Below the pieces are notes generated by a model. The model made no database searches, was not told the origin of the DNA, and saw only the letters and a list, made by a program, of their open reading frames with translations. A program made the translations under genes and the position numbers. DNA of 64,000 bases from Solirubrobacteraceae bacterium. GTDB lineage: Bacteria; Actinomycetota; Thermoleophilia; Solirubrobacterales; Solirubrobacteraceae. Positions 18,597 to 26,641 of this stretch are shown here, in pieces; the stretch's first letter is position 1, and every line of letters begins with the position of its first letter. The stretch is taken from contig JBBATA010000001.1 of assembly GCA_040399005.1 (NCBI GenBank), positions 22,199 to 86,198 on the forward strand. Direction: 5' to 3'.

Positions 18597-20386
18597 AGGA
18601 CAAGGTCACCCTCGGCGCCTGGGCGGGGATGTGGGGCGACTCGCCCCGGATCATCCGCCAGCTTCTCGACGGCTCCCAGCCCGACTACCTGGTCAGCGAT
18701 TACCTGGCCGAGATCACGATGGCCCTGTTGGCGCGCGGCCGCGCCAAGGACCCGGAGGCCGGCGGCTTCATTCCGGATGCCGTCGAGGTGATGACGCCGG
18801 TGCTGGGCGAAATCGCCGAGCGCGGGATCCGGGTCGTTACCAACGCCGGCGGCCTCAACTCCCCCGCCCTGGCCCGCGCCCTGGAGGCGGCGATCTCCGA
18901 GGCGGGGCTCGAGCTGAAGGTCGCCTACGTCCAGGGCGACGACCTGGCGATGCGGGTCGAGGAGCTCCGGGCGTCGGGCGCGACCGACATGTTCACCGGC
19001 GAGGCGCTGCCCGAGCAGGTCATGACGATGAACGCCTACATCGGCGCGCTGCCGGTGGCCGCCGCGCTCGACGAGGGCGCGGACATCGTCGTTACCGGGC
19101 GCTGCGCCGACTCGGCGGCGATGCTCGGGCCGCTGATCCACGAGTTCGACTGGAAGGACGACGACTACGACCGCCTTTCGGCCGGTTCGCTGATCGGCCA
19201 CCTGCTCGAATGCGGCGCCCAGGGCGTCGGCGGCCTCTTCACCGACTGGGCCGACGTTCCCGGCTGGGACAACATCGGCTACCCGGTCGCCGAGTGCCAC
19301 CCCGACGGCAGCGCCGTCATCACCAAGCCGGAGGGAACCGGCGGGCTGGTCGTGCCCGGCTCGGTCGGCGAGCAGATGCTCTACGAGATCGGCGACCCGG
19401 GCCGCTACCTGCTTCCCGACGTGACCTGTGACTGGCGGGACGTGACCCTCACCCAGGAAGGCCCCGACCGCGTGCTCGTCCAGGGAGCGAAGGGCTCAGA
19501 GCCCACGAACAGTTACAAGGCAACCGTCACCGCCCCGGACGGCTGGCGGGTCGTCACCACCGCGCTGCTTACCGGCCACCAGGCCGGCGGCCGCGCCCGC
19601 CGCGCCGCCGAGGCGGCTGTTGCGCGCAGCGAGCGGCTGATGGCCGAGGAGGGAATCGAGCCCTTCCCCGAGAGGTCGATCGAGATCGTCGGCACCGGCG
19701 ACGCAGTGGCCCGCCCGGCCGAGAACGACGAAACGCGCGAGGCTGTGCTGAAGATCGGGCTGCGCCACCCCGACCGCCGCGCGATGGAGATCTTCGGCAA
19801 GGAGTTCGTCTCGATCGCCTTCGTCGCGCAGGGGGTGACCGGAGTCTTCGGCGGCCGGCCCAAGGCGGCGCCGGTGATCCGCCTCTACCACGTGCTCATC
19901 CCCAAGATCGAGGTCGCGGTCACGGTGACGATGGACGGCGAGACGCGCGAGGTGGCGATCCCGCCCGGCACCGACTCACCGGCGGCGGGGGCCGAACCGC
20001 TGGCCGAGCAGCTCGTCGAGCCCGAGGGCGAAACGGTGACCGTTCCGCTGGTGCGGCTGGCCTGGGCGCGCAGCGGTGACAAGGGCAACCACGCCAACAT
20101 CGGCATCATCGCCCGGCGCCCCGAGTTTCTCGAGACGATCGAGGGCCAGGTGACCGCCGAGCGGGTGAAGGACTGGTTCGGGCCCTGGGCCGAGGGGCCG
20201 GTGACCCGCTGGGAGCTGCCCGGAACGCGCTCGATCAACATCCTGCTCGAGGACGCCTTGGGCGGCCAGGGCGGGACGACCTCGCTGCGCTACGACCCGC
20301 AGGCCAAGTCGATGGCCGCCAACCTCCTGGACTTCCCGGTGAAGGTGCCGGCGAGCTGGGAGAGCGACGGCCTGCTCGCCCGCTAG
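18593..20386 (+). CDS. AtuA-like acyclic terpene utilisation family protein (DUF1446 with C-terminal extension)
   Basis: 597 aa. GTGA overlap with the hydratase stop. The family call is from recalled resemblance ('LVSDYLAEITMALLAR', 'VVTNAGGLN', 'GHLLECG'). Needs HMM confirmation. Confidence 0.65.
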   Translation: MKDKVTLGAWAGMWGDSPRIIRQLLDGSQPDYLVSDYLAEITMALLARGRAKDPEAGGFIPDAVEVMTPVLGEIAERGIRVVTNAGGLNSPALARALEAAISEAGLELKVAYVQGDDLAMRVEELRASGATDMFTGEALPEQVMTMNAYIGALPVAAALDEGADIVVTGRCADSAAMLGPLIHEFDWKDDDYDRLSAGSLIGHLLECGAQGVGGLFTDWADVPGWDNIGYPVAECHPDGSAVITKPEGTGGLVVPGSVGEQMLYEIGDPGRYLLPDVTCDWRDVTLTQEGPDRVLVQGAKGSEPTNSYKATVTAPDGWRVVTTALLTGHQAGGRARRAAEAAVARSERLMAEEGIEPFPERSIEIVGTGDAVARPAENDETREAVLKIGLRHPDRRAMEIFGKEFVSIAFVAQGVTGVFGGRPKAAPVIRLYHVLIPKIEVAVTVTMDGETREVAIPPGTDSPAAGAEPLAEQLVEPEGETVTVPLVRLAWARSGDKGNHANIGIIARRPEFLETIEGQVTAERVKDWFGPWAEGPVTRWELPGTRSINILLEDALGGQGGTTSLRYDPQAKSMAANLLDFPVKVPASWESDGLLAR

Positions 20387-20437
20387 GGCGCCGGCCGGCC
20401 GAAGGTCCCCGGCGGCTCGCTAGGCTTTCCCGGTCCC

Positions 20438-20527
20438 GGAGGGGTGCCGGAGTGGTTGAACGGGGCGGTCTCGAAAACCGTTGTGCGGGTAACCCCTGTA
20501 CCGAGGGTTCGAATCCCTCCCCCTCCG
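20438..20527 (+). tRNA. tRNA-Ser (anticodon CGA)
   Basis: Hand-folded. Acceptor GGAGGGG/CCCCTCC, anticodon loop CU-CGA-AA, long variable arm, T-arm GAGGG-TTCGAAT-CCCTC. No encoded CCA. Confidence 0.85.
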
Positions 20528-20552
20528 CTTCAGGGCAGGCGGTTCGTCCCCG

Positions 20553-20990
20553 TCAGCCGGAGCCCAGCTCGCCGTCGAGCCGGGCAAAGGACTTCTCGAT
20601 GCCGCGGGTCAGTACGCCCTTGAGGATCACGGCGAGCCCGGGAATATGCGAGGAGAGGCGGATCCGGTAATCGAGGTGCGTGTTGCCATCGGGCAGCTCG
20701 CTGAACTTCATGATCCCGACGTGGTCCTTCAGTGCCCCCTTGCTTGTAACCCGATACTCGATCAGCTCGTCGGTCTCGAATTCGGTGACCGTCTCCTCGA
20801 CGGGAGGAGCGGGGCCGACCTTCACTATCCGCATCGAGCCGACCCCGTTGCGCTCGGTGTCGCCGTCGCGCACGCGGGTGACCGTTGCCCCGAAGACGTC
20901 GGCGAGGTTCTCGTGCTCGGCAAGGTGGGCGAATACCACCCCCGGAGGGGCCGGGAAGTCGTGTTCAACGTGGACCCAGTGAGCGCGCAT
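20553..20990 (-). CDS. SRPBCC (START/polyketide-cyclase-like) family protein
   Basis: 145 aa. N-terminus 'VEHDFPAPPGVVFAHLAEHENL' is typical of this fold family. No catalytic inference is possible. Confidence 0.6.
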   Translation of the reverse strand: MRAHWVHVEHDFPAPPGVVFAHLAEHENLADVFGATVTRVRDGDTERNGVGSMRIVKVGPAPPVEETVTEFETDELIEYRVTSKGALKDHVGIMKFSELPDGNTHLDYRIRLSSHIPGLAVILKGVLTRGIEKSFARLDGELGSG

Positions 20991-21075
20991 CGACGGAGTA
21001 TCCCAGCAAGGTCAGGGCGACGGCATGTGCCTCTCCCCTTGGCGGCGACCGGCCCATCCCCGGTACGCTGAAACC

Positions 21076-21363
21076 ATGGTCAAGGAAGACAGCGCCCACA
21101 AGGCCGCGAGGGAGCGGCTCCAGGCCCAGCAGCAGTTCAAGAAGACGATGGGCGGATTTATCGTCCTCTGGCTCTTCATGATCGCCATCTGGGCGCTCTC
21201 GGGTGCCGGCTACTTCTGGCCGGTCTGGGTGATCGTCGGGACGCTCTTCGCCGGCTTCGCGCTCGGATGGCGCGCCTACGGTCCGCGTGGCGGCGCAGCG
21301 GGGCCGACCGAAGCGCAGATCGACGCCGAAGCCAAGAAGTTCGAGAAGAACGACCAGGGCTGA
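21076..21363 (+). CDS. 2TM-domain small membrane protein
   Basis: ORF 21025..21363 trimmed to the ATG at aa 18 ('MVKEDSAHKAA'). Two adjacent hydrophobic helices, 'GGFIVLWLFMIAIWAL' and 'FWPVWVIVGTLFAGF'. Confidence 0.5.
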   Translation: MVKEDSAHKAARERLQAQQQFKKTMGGFIVLWLFMIAIWALSGAGYFWPVWVIVGTLFAGFALGWRAYGPRGGAAGPTEAQIDAEAKKFEKNDQG

Positions 21364-21405
21364 GCCGCGGGAGCCGTGGCCCGGTTCCCTCTCTTACGGT
21401 CTTAA

Positions 21406-21436
21406 ATACCACTCCACCACTAAAGAGTGGTATAGT
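21406..21436 (+). promoter_or_regulatory. 9-bp inverted repeat ATACCACTC-N10-GAGTGGTAT overlapping a TATAGT -10-like hexamer (candidate ArsR operator/promoter)
   Basis: Read directly in an AT-rich island. TATAGT (21431-21436) ends 8 nt before the arsR-like ATG (21445) with no SD, so the transcript is probably leaderless or nearly so. Confidence 0.5.
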
Positions 21437-21444
21437 CTCGCGCC

Positions 21445-21789
21445 ATGGAGATGCCCAGGCCCCTGCCCGACCCACTGATCGACCTGATCGCCGAGCGCTT
21501 CCGGGTGATCGGCGAGCCGATGCGAATCCGGCTCCTCGACGCCCTCAGGGATGGCGAAGCCAGCGTCGGTGAGCTGACCGAACGGCTGGGGGCCTCCCAG
21601 CAGAACGTCTCCAAGCACCTTGGAGTCCTCCACCAGGCCGGGATCGTCCGGCGGGAGAAGGAGGGCACCTTTGTCAACTACTCGATCGCCGACGCGTCGG
21701 TCTTCGACCTCTGCGAGCAGGTCTGCGGGGGTCTTCGCCAGCAGGTGACCGAACTGGACCAGCTACTGACCGGAGGAACCACCCGATGA
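21445..21789 (+). CDS. ArsR/SmtB-family transcriptional regulator
   Basis: 114 aa. 'VGELTERLGASQQNVSKHLGVLHQAGIVRREKEGTFVNY'. C-terminal Cys pair 'LCEQVC'. Confidence 0.85.
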   Translation: MEMPRPLPDPLIDLIAERFRVIGEPMRIRLLDALRDGEASVGELTERLGASQQNVSKHLGVLHQAGIVRREKEGTFVNYSIADASVFDLCEQVCGGLRQQVTELDQLLTGGTTR

Positions 21790-22037
21790 GCACCCAATGC
21801 GCAACCGAAAACCGTGGATGGCCGCTTGAGCGCGTCCTCTTCGCGATGGCCGGAACGATGACCCTGGTCAGCGTCGCCCTCGTGGCCCTCGTCTCCCCCT
21901 GGTTCCTGATCCTCACCGCCTTCGTGGGGGTCAACCAGCTCGCCTACGTGGCCTTCGGCGCCTGCCCCGCGTCGCTGGTGCTCGGGAAGCTCTTCGGCCT
22001 CAAGTCTGTGGTCTACCCGAAGGGCGCGACCTCGTGA
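21786..22037 (+). CDS. DUF2892 (YgaP-like) small membrane protein
   Basis: 83 aa. ATGA overlap with the arsR-like stop. Two TM helices and a conserved-looking 'FGACP' motif. Confidence 0.6.
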   Translation: MSTQCATENRGWPLERVLFAMAGTMTLVSVALVALVSPWFLILTAFVGVNQLAYVAFGACPASLVLGKLFGLKSVVYPKGATS

Positions 22038-24163
22038 GCGCTGCCGGCGAATCGGCCAGCAGCAAGTACGGGCCCCTCGGCCGCATGGGCGGCTGGATGG
22101 CCGGCCACTTCAAGGTCGTCGCCATCGCGTGGGCCGTGATCGCCCTCGGGCTCGGCTTCCTGGCCCCACGCGTCGAGCATGCCCTCTCGGGCGCCGGCTG
22201 GGAGGCCACCGGCTCGGAGTCGGTGACCGCCCGCGAGAAGATCGACCAGAACTTCGCCGGGATGTCTTCCAGCGCCCTGATGGTCGTGGTGCACTCGGAT
22301 TCCGAGACGGTCAAGAGCCCCGCCTTCGCCAACACGGTCAGTGAGGCAACCGCCGAACTGAAGGCTGACTCCCGCGTGACCGACGTGATGCCCCCGCAGC
22401 CCGGCGTCTCGATCTCGCAGGACGGAAAGACGGCGGTCATCCAGGCCGGCGCGGCCGGTGACTCAAACGAGATGGTCTTCGCCGCCGACGACCTGAAGAC
22501 CAGGCTCCAGGAGCTTCAGGGCGACGGCGTGCAGGTCTCGCTCACCGGCGCGAGCGGAATGTGGTCGGACTTCAACGAGGCCAACCGGGCCGCGATGCTC
22601 AAGAGCGAGCTGATCTCGTGGCCGGTGACGCTGGCCATCCTCCTGCTGGCCTTCGGCTCGCTGGTCGCCGCCGGGCTGCCGCTGATGCTCACCATCATCG
22701 GCCTCGTTGCCTCGGCCGGCTCGCTCTACCTCGCCACCAAGATCCTGCCGGTCTCTATCTGGGCGATGAACTTCGCGCTGATGTTCGCCCTCGCCCTCGG
22801 GATCGACTACGCGCTCTTCATCGTCTACCGCTTCAGGGGGGCACTCTTCGGCTCCAAGGAGCCGGTCGAGAAGGCCGTCGCCGAGACGATGGACACCGCC
22901 GGCAAGGCGGTGCTGTTCAGCGGCATCACGGTGCTGATCTCGCTCACCGCGGTGATGCTCGTCCCCTCCCCCGCCTTCCGCTCGATGGCGCTGGGAATCA
23001 TGATCTCGGTGATCTTCATCCTCGCCGCGACGCTCACCCTGCTGCCCGCGGTACTCGGCAAGCTCGGCCCGCGGGTCGACAAGCTGGCGCTGCCCTGGGT
23101 GCACACCGGAGAGCACCGCTCGGCGAAGTTCGCCGCGTGGGCCGAACGGATCTGGAAGCGCCCCGCGCTCTTCGGGATTCCGGCCCTGGCGATCCTCCTG
23201 CTGCTCGCCATCCCCGTCTTCTCGCTGAAGACCGGGATGCCCTCGATCAAGGTCGTCCCCGAGGAGGACGGCTCGCGGATCGGCTACTACCAGGTGCAGG
23301 ACGCCTTCGGTGACGGGGCCCCCGGCGCCGTGCAGGTCGTCGCGCCGCAGGCCGACGCCCCCCGGGTGGTGGCCGTGGCCGAGGCCGACCCGAACGTGGC
23401 CCGCGTCATGCCCCCGATGCCTGGCGGCGACGGACTGGCGATGGTTCAGGTTGTGCCCAAGAGCGACCCGTCCAACCGCGCGACCGGAGCCACGGTCGAC
23501 CGGTTGAGGGCGGAGATGCCACCGGCGGCGCTGGTGGGCGGCGCGGTGGCCGAAAACCACGACCTGGAGAACCTCCTCTCCGACAAGACCCCTCTCGTGG
23601 TGGGAGTGGTCCTCGTGCTCGGGTTCATCCTCCTGCTCGTGGCGCTCCAGGCCCCGATCATCGCGGCGGTCGGGGTGCTGACCAGCCTCCTGGGAACGGC
23701 GGCCGCCTTCGGGGTGGCCAAGCTCATATTCCAGGACGGAAACCTGAGCGGGCTGCTGGGCTTCGAGTCCCAGGGGTTCCTCGACGCCTGGGGACCGGTC
23801 TTCTTCTTCGCGATGATCTTCGCGATCTCGATGGACTACACGGTCTTCCTGCTCTCCTCGGCCAAGGAGCACTGGGACAAGTCCCACGACGCCCGCGAGG
23901 CGATGGTCGGCGGGATCGCCCACAGCGGCCGGGTGATCTTCGCGGCAGCCGGGGTGATGGTCGCCGTCTTCTTCACCTTCGCCCTGAGCGGCCCGCTGCC
24001 ACCGAAGGAGATGGGCGTGATCCTCGGCATCGCCGTCCTGCTCGACGCCTTCCTGGTGCGGCTGCTGCTTATGCCGGTCCTGCTGCGGGTGCTGGGCAAG
24101 TGGGCGTGGTGGCTTCCCAAGCCGCTCGACCGCATACTTCCGAACGTGAAGTTCGGTCACTAG
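22034..24163 (+). CDS. MMPL-family (RND superfamily) transporter
   Basis: 709 aa. GTGA overlap with the preceding gene. Two repeated units, each an extracytoplasmic loop followed by a TM bundle ('GIDYALFIVYRF' / 'SMDYTVFLLSS'). Confidence 0.85.
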   Translation: MSAAGESASSKYGPLGRMGGWMAGHFKVVAIAWAVIALGLGFLAPRVEHALSGAGWEATGSESVTAREKIDQNFAGMSSSALMVVVHSDSETVKSPAFANTVSEATAELKADSRVTDVMPPQPGVSISQDGKTAVIQAGAAGDSNEMVFAADDLKTRLQELQGDGVQVSLTGASGMWSDFNEANRAAMLKSELISWPVTLAILLLAFGSLVAAGLPLMLTIIGLVASAGSLYLATKILPVSIWAMNFALMFALALGIDYALFIVYRFRGALFGSKEPVEKAVAETMDTAGKAVLFSGITVLISLTAVMLVPSPAFRSMALGIMISVIFILAATLTLLPAVLGKLGPRVDKLALPWVHTGEHRSAKFAAWAERIWKRPALFGIPALAILLLLAIPVFSLKTGMPSIKVVPEEDGSRIGYYQVQDAFGDGAPGAVQVVAPQADAPRVVAVAEADPNVARVMPPMPGGDGLAMVQVVPKSDPSNRATGATVDRLRAEMPPAALVGGAVAENHDLENLLSDKTPLVVGVVLVLGFILLLVALQAPIIAAVGVLTSLLGTAAAFGVAKLIFQDGNLSGLLGFESQGFLDAWGPVFFFAMIFAISMDYTVFLLSSAKEHWDKSHDAREAMVGGIAHSGRVIFAAAGVMVAVFFTFALSGPLPPKEMGVILGIAVLLDAFLVRLLLMPVLLRVLGKWAWWLPKPLDRILPNVKFGH

Positions 24164-24176
24164 AAAGGGGCACCAG

Positions 24177-24692
24177 ATGCACAACGTCAACACCGAGGCT
24201 CTGCAGGCCACGATCGACGCCGCGCAGGCCGACCCGGCGGCGGCCACCCAGCCGGTCCGCTTCGACGGCGAGTGGAACACCGGTGAGGGGCCGCAGTTCA
24301 GCACCTCGTTCCCGCTGCCCAACGGCGAGATCGTCTCCTTCACCGCCGACTTCCCGCCGCCGATGGGCGGCACCGGCTCGGCTCCCGGCCCCCTTCACTA
24401 CTGCTTCTGGGGCGGCCTGGCCTGTTACGCGATGAGCTTCGCCCAGGAGGCGGCGCTCAAGGGCGTAGAGATCCGCTCGCTGAAGGCGCGCGTCGAGACA
24501 ACGATGGACATGACCCGCGCCCTGGGCGTCAGCGAGATCCCGCCGGTCGAGCAGATCGACTGGTACCTCGACGTCGACGCCGACGCCACCCCCGAGCAGC
24601 TCGCCGAGCTCAAGTCCGGGGCCGACGACCACTGCCCCGGCGCCTACTGCATCCGCAACCCGATCAACCTGCAGACGCATCTCGAGGAGTAA
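24177..24692 (+). CDS. OsmC-family peroxiredoxin-like protein
   Basis: 171 aa. Cys-containing blocks 'HYCFWGGLACY' and 'DHCPGAYC'. Lies 13 nt after the MMPL stop. Confidence 0.7.
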   Translation: MHNVNTEALQATIDAAQADPAAATQPVRFDGEWNTGEGPQFSTSFPLPNGEIVSFTADFPPPMGGTGSAPGPLHYCFWGGLACYAMSFAQEAALKGVEIRSLKARVETTMDMTRALGVSEIPPVEQIDWYLDVDADATPEQLAELKSGADDHCPGAYCIRNPINLQTHLEE

Positions 24693-24737
24693 ACGCCCGC
24701 GTTAGTTCCCGCCGACCGCGGCGGTAGCTTCGGCGGC

Positions 24738-25862
24738 GTGGAGGCATCGGGAACGCCAGCTGGCACCAAGGTGCCAGCCTGGCTCGACAGGGCCGCCGGC
24801 TGGTCGTGGCGGATCCTCGTCATCGCCGGGGTGGCCGCGGTGGCGATCTTCGTCCTGTGGCACCTGCGGGTTGTCTGGGCGCCCTTCTTCATCGCGCTGC
24901 TCTTCGCCACCGTCCTTCTCCCCCTCACCGACTGGCTCGACCGGCACGGACTGCCGCGGGGCCTGGCGGTTGGGATCTCGATCCTCATCTTCCTGCTCGG
25001 CCTGAGCGCGATCATCACCCTCGTCATCGGCTCGATCGTCGGCGAGGCAAGCCAGATCGGCAAGCTCGTGAGCAGCGGCGCCGGCGAGGTGGCCAACGTC
25101 ACCCAGCCCCAGGACGGCCCGCTCGCTCTCGACCGCGACTCGGTTCGCGGGCTGGTCGCCGACCTGGGCTCCGGGCTCAAGAGCGCCGGCGACGCCGTCC
25201 TCAAGAAGGCGGCCTCGGAGGCCTCCACCGCCGTCTCGGCGGTTATCGGCTCGGTAATGGCGATCGCCTTCCTGATCTACCTGCTGAGCGACTCGCAGGG
25301 AATCCGCAACTGGATGATCGCCCAGGCCGGGACCGAGAAGGGCAAGAAGCTCGACCACGCGATGAACGAGTGCTGGGAGACCCTCGGCAGCTACATGCGC
25401 GGCACCTTCCTGGTCGCGATCTTCGTCTCCACCCTGATCGGAATAGCCGCGATCGCCCTCGGGCTGCCGATCGCCGGGACGCTGATCGCCCTCACCTTCT
25501 TTGCCTCCTTCATCCCGATCGTCGGGGCATGGCTTGCCGGCGCGATTGTCGTGCTGACCGCCTTCGCCGGCGGAGGCGTGGACGCCGGCCTGATCATGGT
25601 CGGCGTGCAGGTGGCGGTCCACAGCGCAGAGAGCGTCTACATCGCCCCGCGCGCCTACCAGAAGACGCTCAACCTCAACCCGATCGTCATCCTCGCCTCC
25701 GTGACCGCCGGCACGGCGCTGATGGGAGTCATCGGCGCGCTGATCGTCGTGCCGCTGGTGGCGATCGTCTGGGTGGCCATCAAGGAGATCCGCGGCGGGC
25801 CGAACGCCGCCGCGCCGCCGTCACCCGCCCCCGCTACTGCCGCCAGCGCCGGCGGTAGCTAG
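24738..25862 (+). CDS. AI-2E family (PerM/UPF0118) transporter
   Basis: 374 aa, about 8 TM segments. The family call rests on overall pattern and the C-terminal block 'LNPIVILASVTAGTALMGVIGALIVVPL'. Confidence 0.7.
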   Translation: MEASGTPAGTKVPAWLDRAAGWSWRILVIAGVAAVAIFVLWHLRVVWAPFFIALLFATVLLPLTDWLDRHGLPRGLAVGISILIFLLGLSAIITLVIGSIVGEASQIGKLVSSGAGEVANVTQPQDGPLALDRDSVRGLVADLGSGLKSAGDAVLKKAASEASTAVSAVIGSVMAIAFLIYLLSDSQGIRNWMIAQAGTEKGKKLDHAMNECWETLGSYMRGTFLVAIFVSTLIGIAAIALGLPIAGTLIALTFFASFIPIVGAWLAGAIVVLTAFAGGGVDAGLIMVGVQVAVHSAESVYIAPRAYQKTLNLNPIVILASVTAGTALMGVIGALIVVPLVAIVWVAIKEIRGGPNAAAPPSPAPATAASAGGS

Positions 25863-26641
25863 CCGCCCGCTACCGCCAGGCGCAGCGCCTCGCGCAGTCG
25901 CGCTTCGGCGGCGGCGAACTCAGGTGTCTCCTCCACGCGCAGCTCGCGCGGGCGGGCCAGCGGGACCTCCTCCTCGGCCACGATGCGGCCCGGCCGCGGC
26001 GACATGACGACCACCCGGTCGGCAAGGAAGACCGCCTCGGAGACGTCGTGGGTGACCAGCAGCACCGTCGTCCCCAGCTCGCGCCAGACCTCGAGCAGCC
26101 ACTGCTGGAGTTCTGCCCGGGTGATGCCGTCGAGCGCTCCGAAGGGCTCGTCGAGGAGCATCACCGGCCTGCCGGTGATTGCGGTTCGCAGGAAGGCGAC
26201 GCGGTGGCGCATGCCCCCCGAGAGCTGCCACGGCCATGACTGCGCGAAGTCCCCGAGGCCGAAGCGCTCCAGCAGCGGCAGCGCCTGCTCCCGGGCCTGC
26301 GCCCGCCCCACGCCTTCCAGTTCGAGGCCGACGGTGACGTTGTCGATCACCCGGCGCCACGGGAGCAGTCCGTCCCGCTGGGGCATGAAGGCGCAGCGCC
26401 CGAGCCTCTCCGTGGCAACCGTTCCGTCAAGAAGGACTTCCCCGGATTCCGGCTGCTCCAGCCCGGCGGCGATCCGCAGCAGCGTGCTCTTGCCGCAGCC
26501 GCTCGGGCCGATCAGCGCCACGAACTCGCCCGGCTCCACCGCCAGGTCGACCCCGTCGAGCGCCTGCACCTTTCGCCCGTCGCGCTCGAGGTAGGACTGC
26601 GAGACATCGCGCAGCGCCAGCTGCCCGCCCTGCGCGCTCAC
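25859..26641 (-). CDS. ABC transporter ATP-binding protein (NitT/TauT-type)
   Basis: C-terminal 260 aa of track ORF 25859..27349, starting at the GTG ('VSAQGGQLAL') that overlaps the permease stop (GTGA). Walker A 'GPSGCGKST', signature 'LSGGMRHRV', Walker B 'MLLDEPF'. Confidence 0.9.
   Translation of the reverse strand: MSAQGGQLALRDVSQSYLERDGRKVQALDGVDLAVEPGEFVALIGPSGCGKSTLLRIAAGLEQPESGEVLLDGTVATERLGRCAFMPQRDGLLPWRRVIDNVTVGLELEGVGRAQAREQALPLLERFGLGDFAQSWPWQLSGGMRHRVAFLRTAITGRPVMLLDEPFGALDGITRAELQQWLLEVWRELGTTVLLVTHDVSEAVFLADRVVVMSPRPGRIVAEEEVPLARPRELRVEETPEFAAAEARLREALRLAVAGG

Noticed and set aside
20438-20527. The two tRNA-Ser genes (20438-20527 and 36526-36614) as possible integration sites of genomic islands.
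   Set aside because: No integrase, recombinase, excisionase or phage-like gene flanks either tRNA. I saw no direct repeat of a tRNA 3' end nearby. The flanking genes look like ordinary housekeeping or membrane genes of the same base composition.
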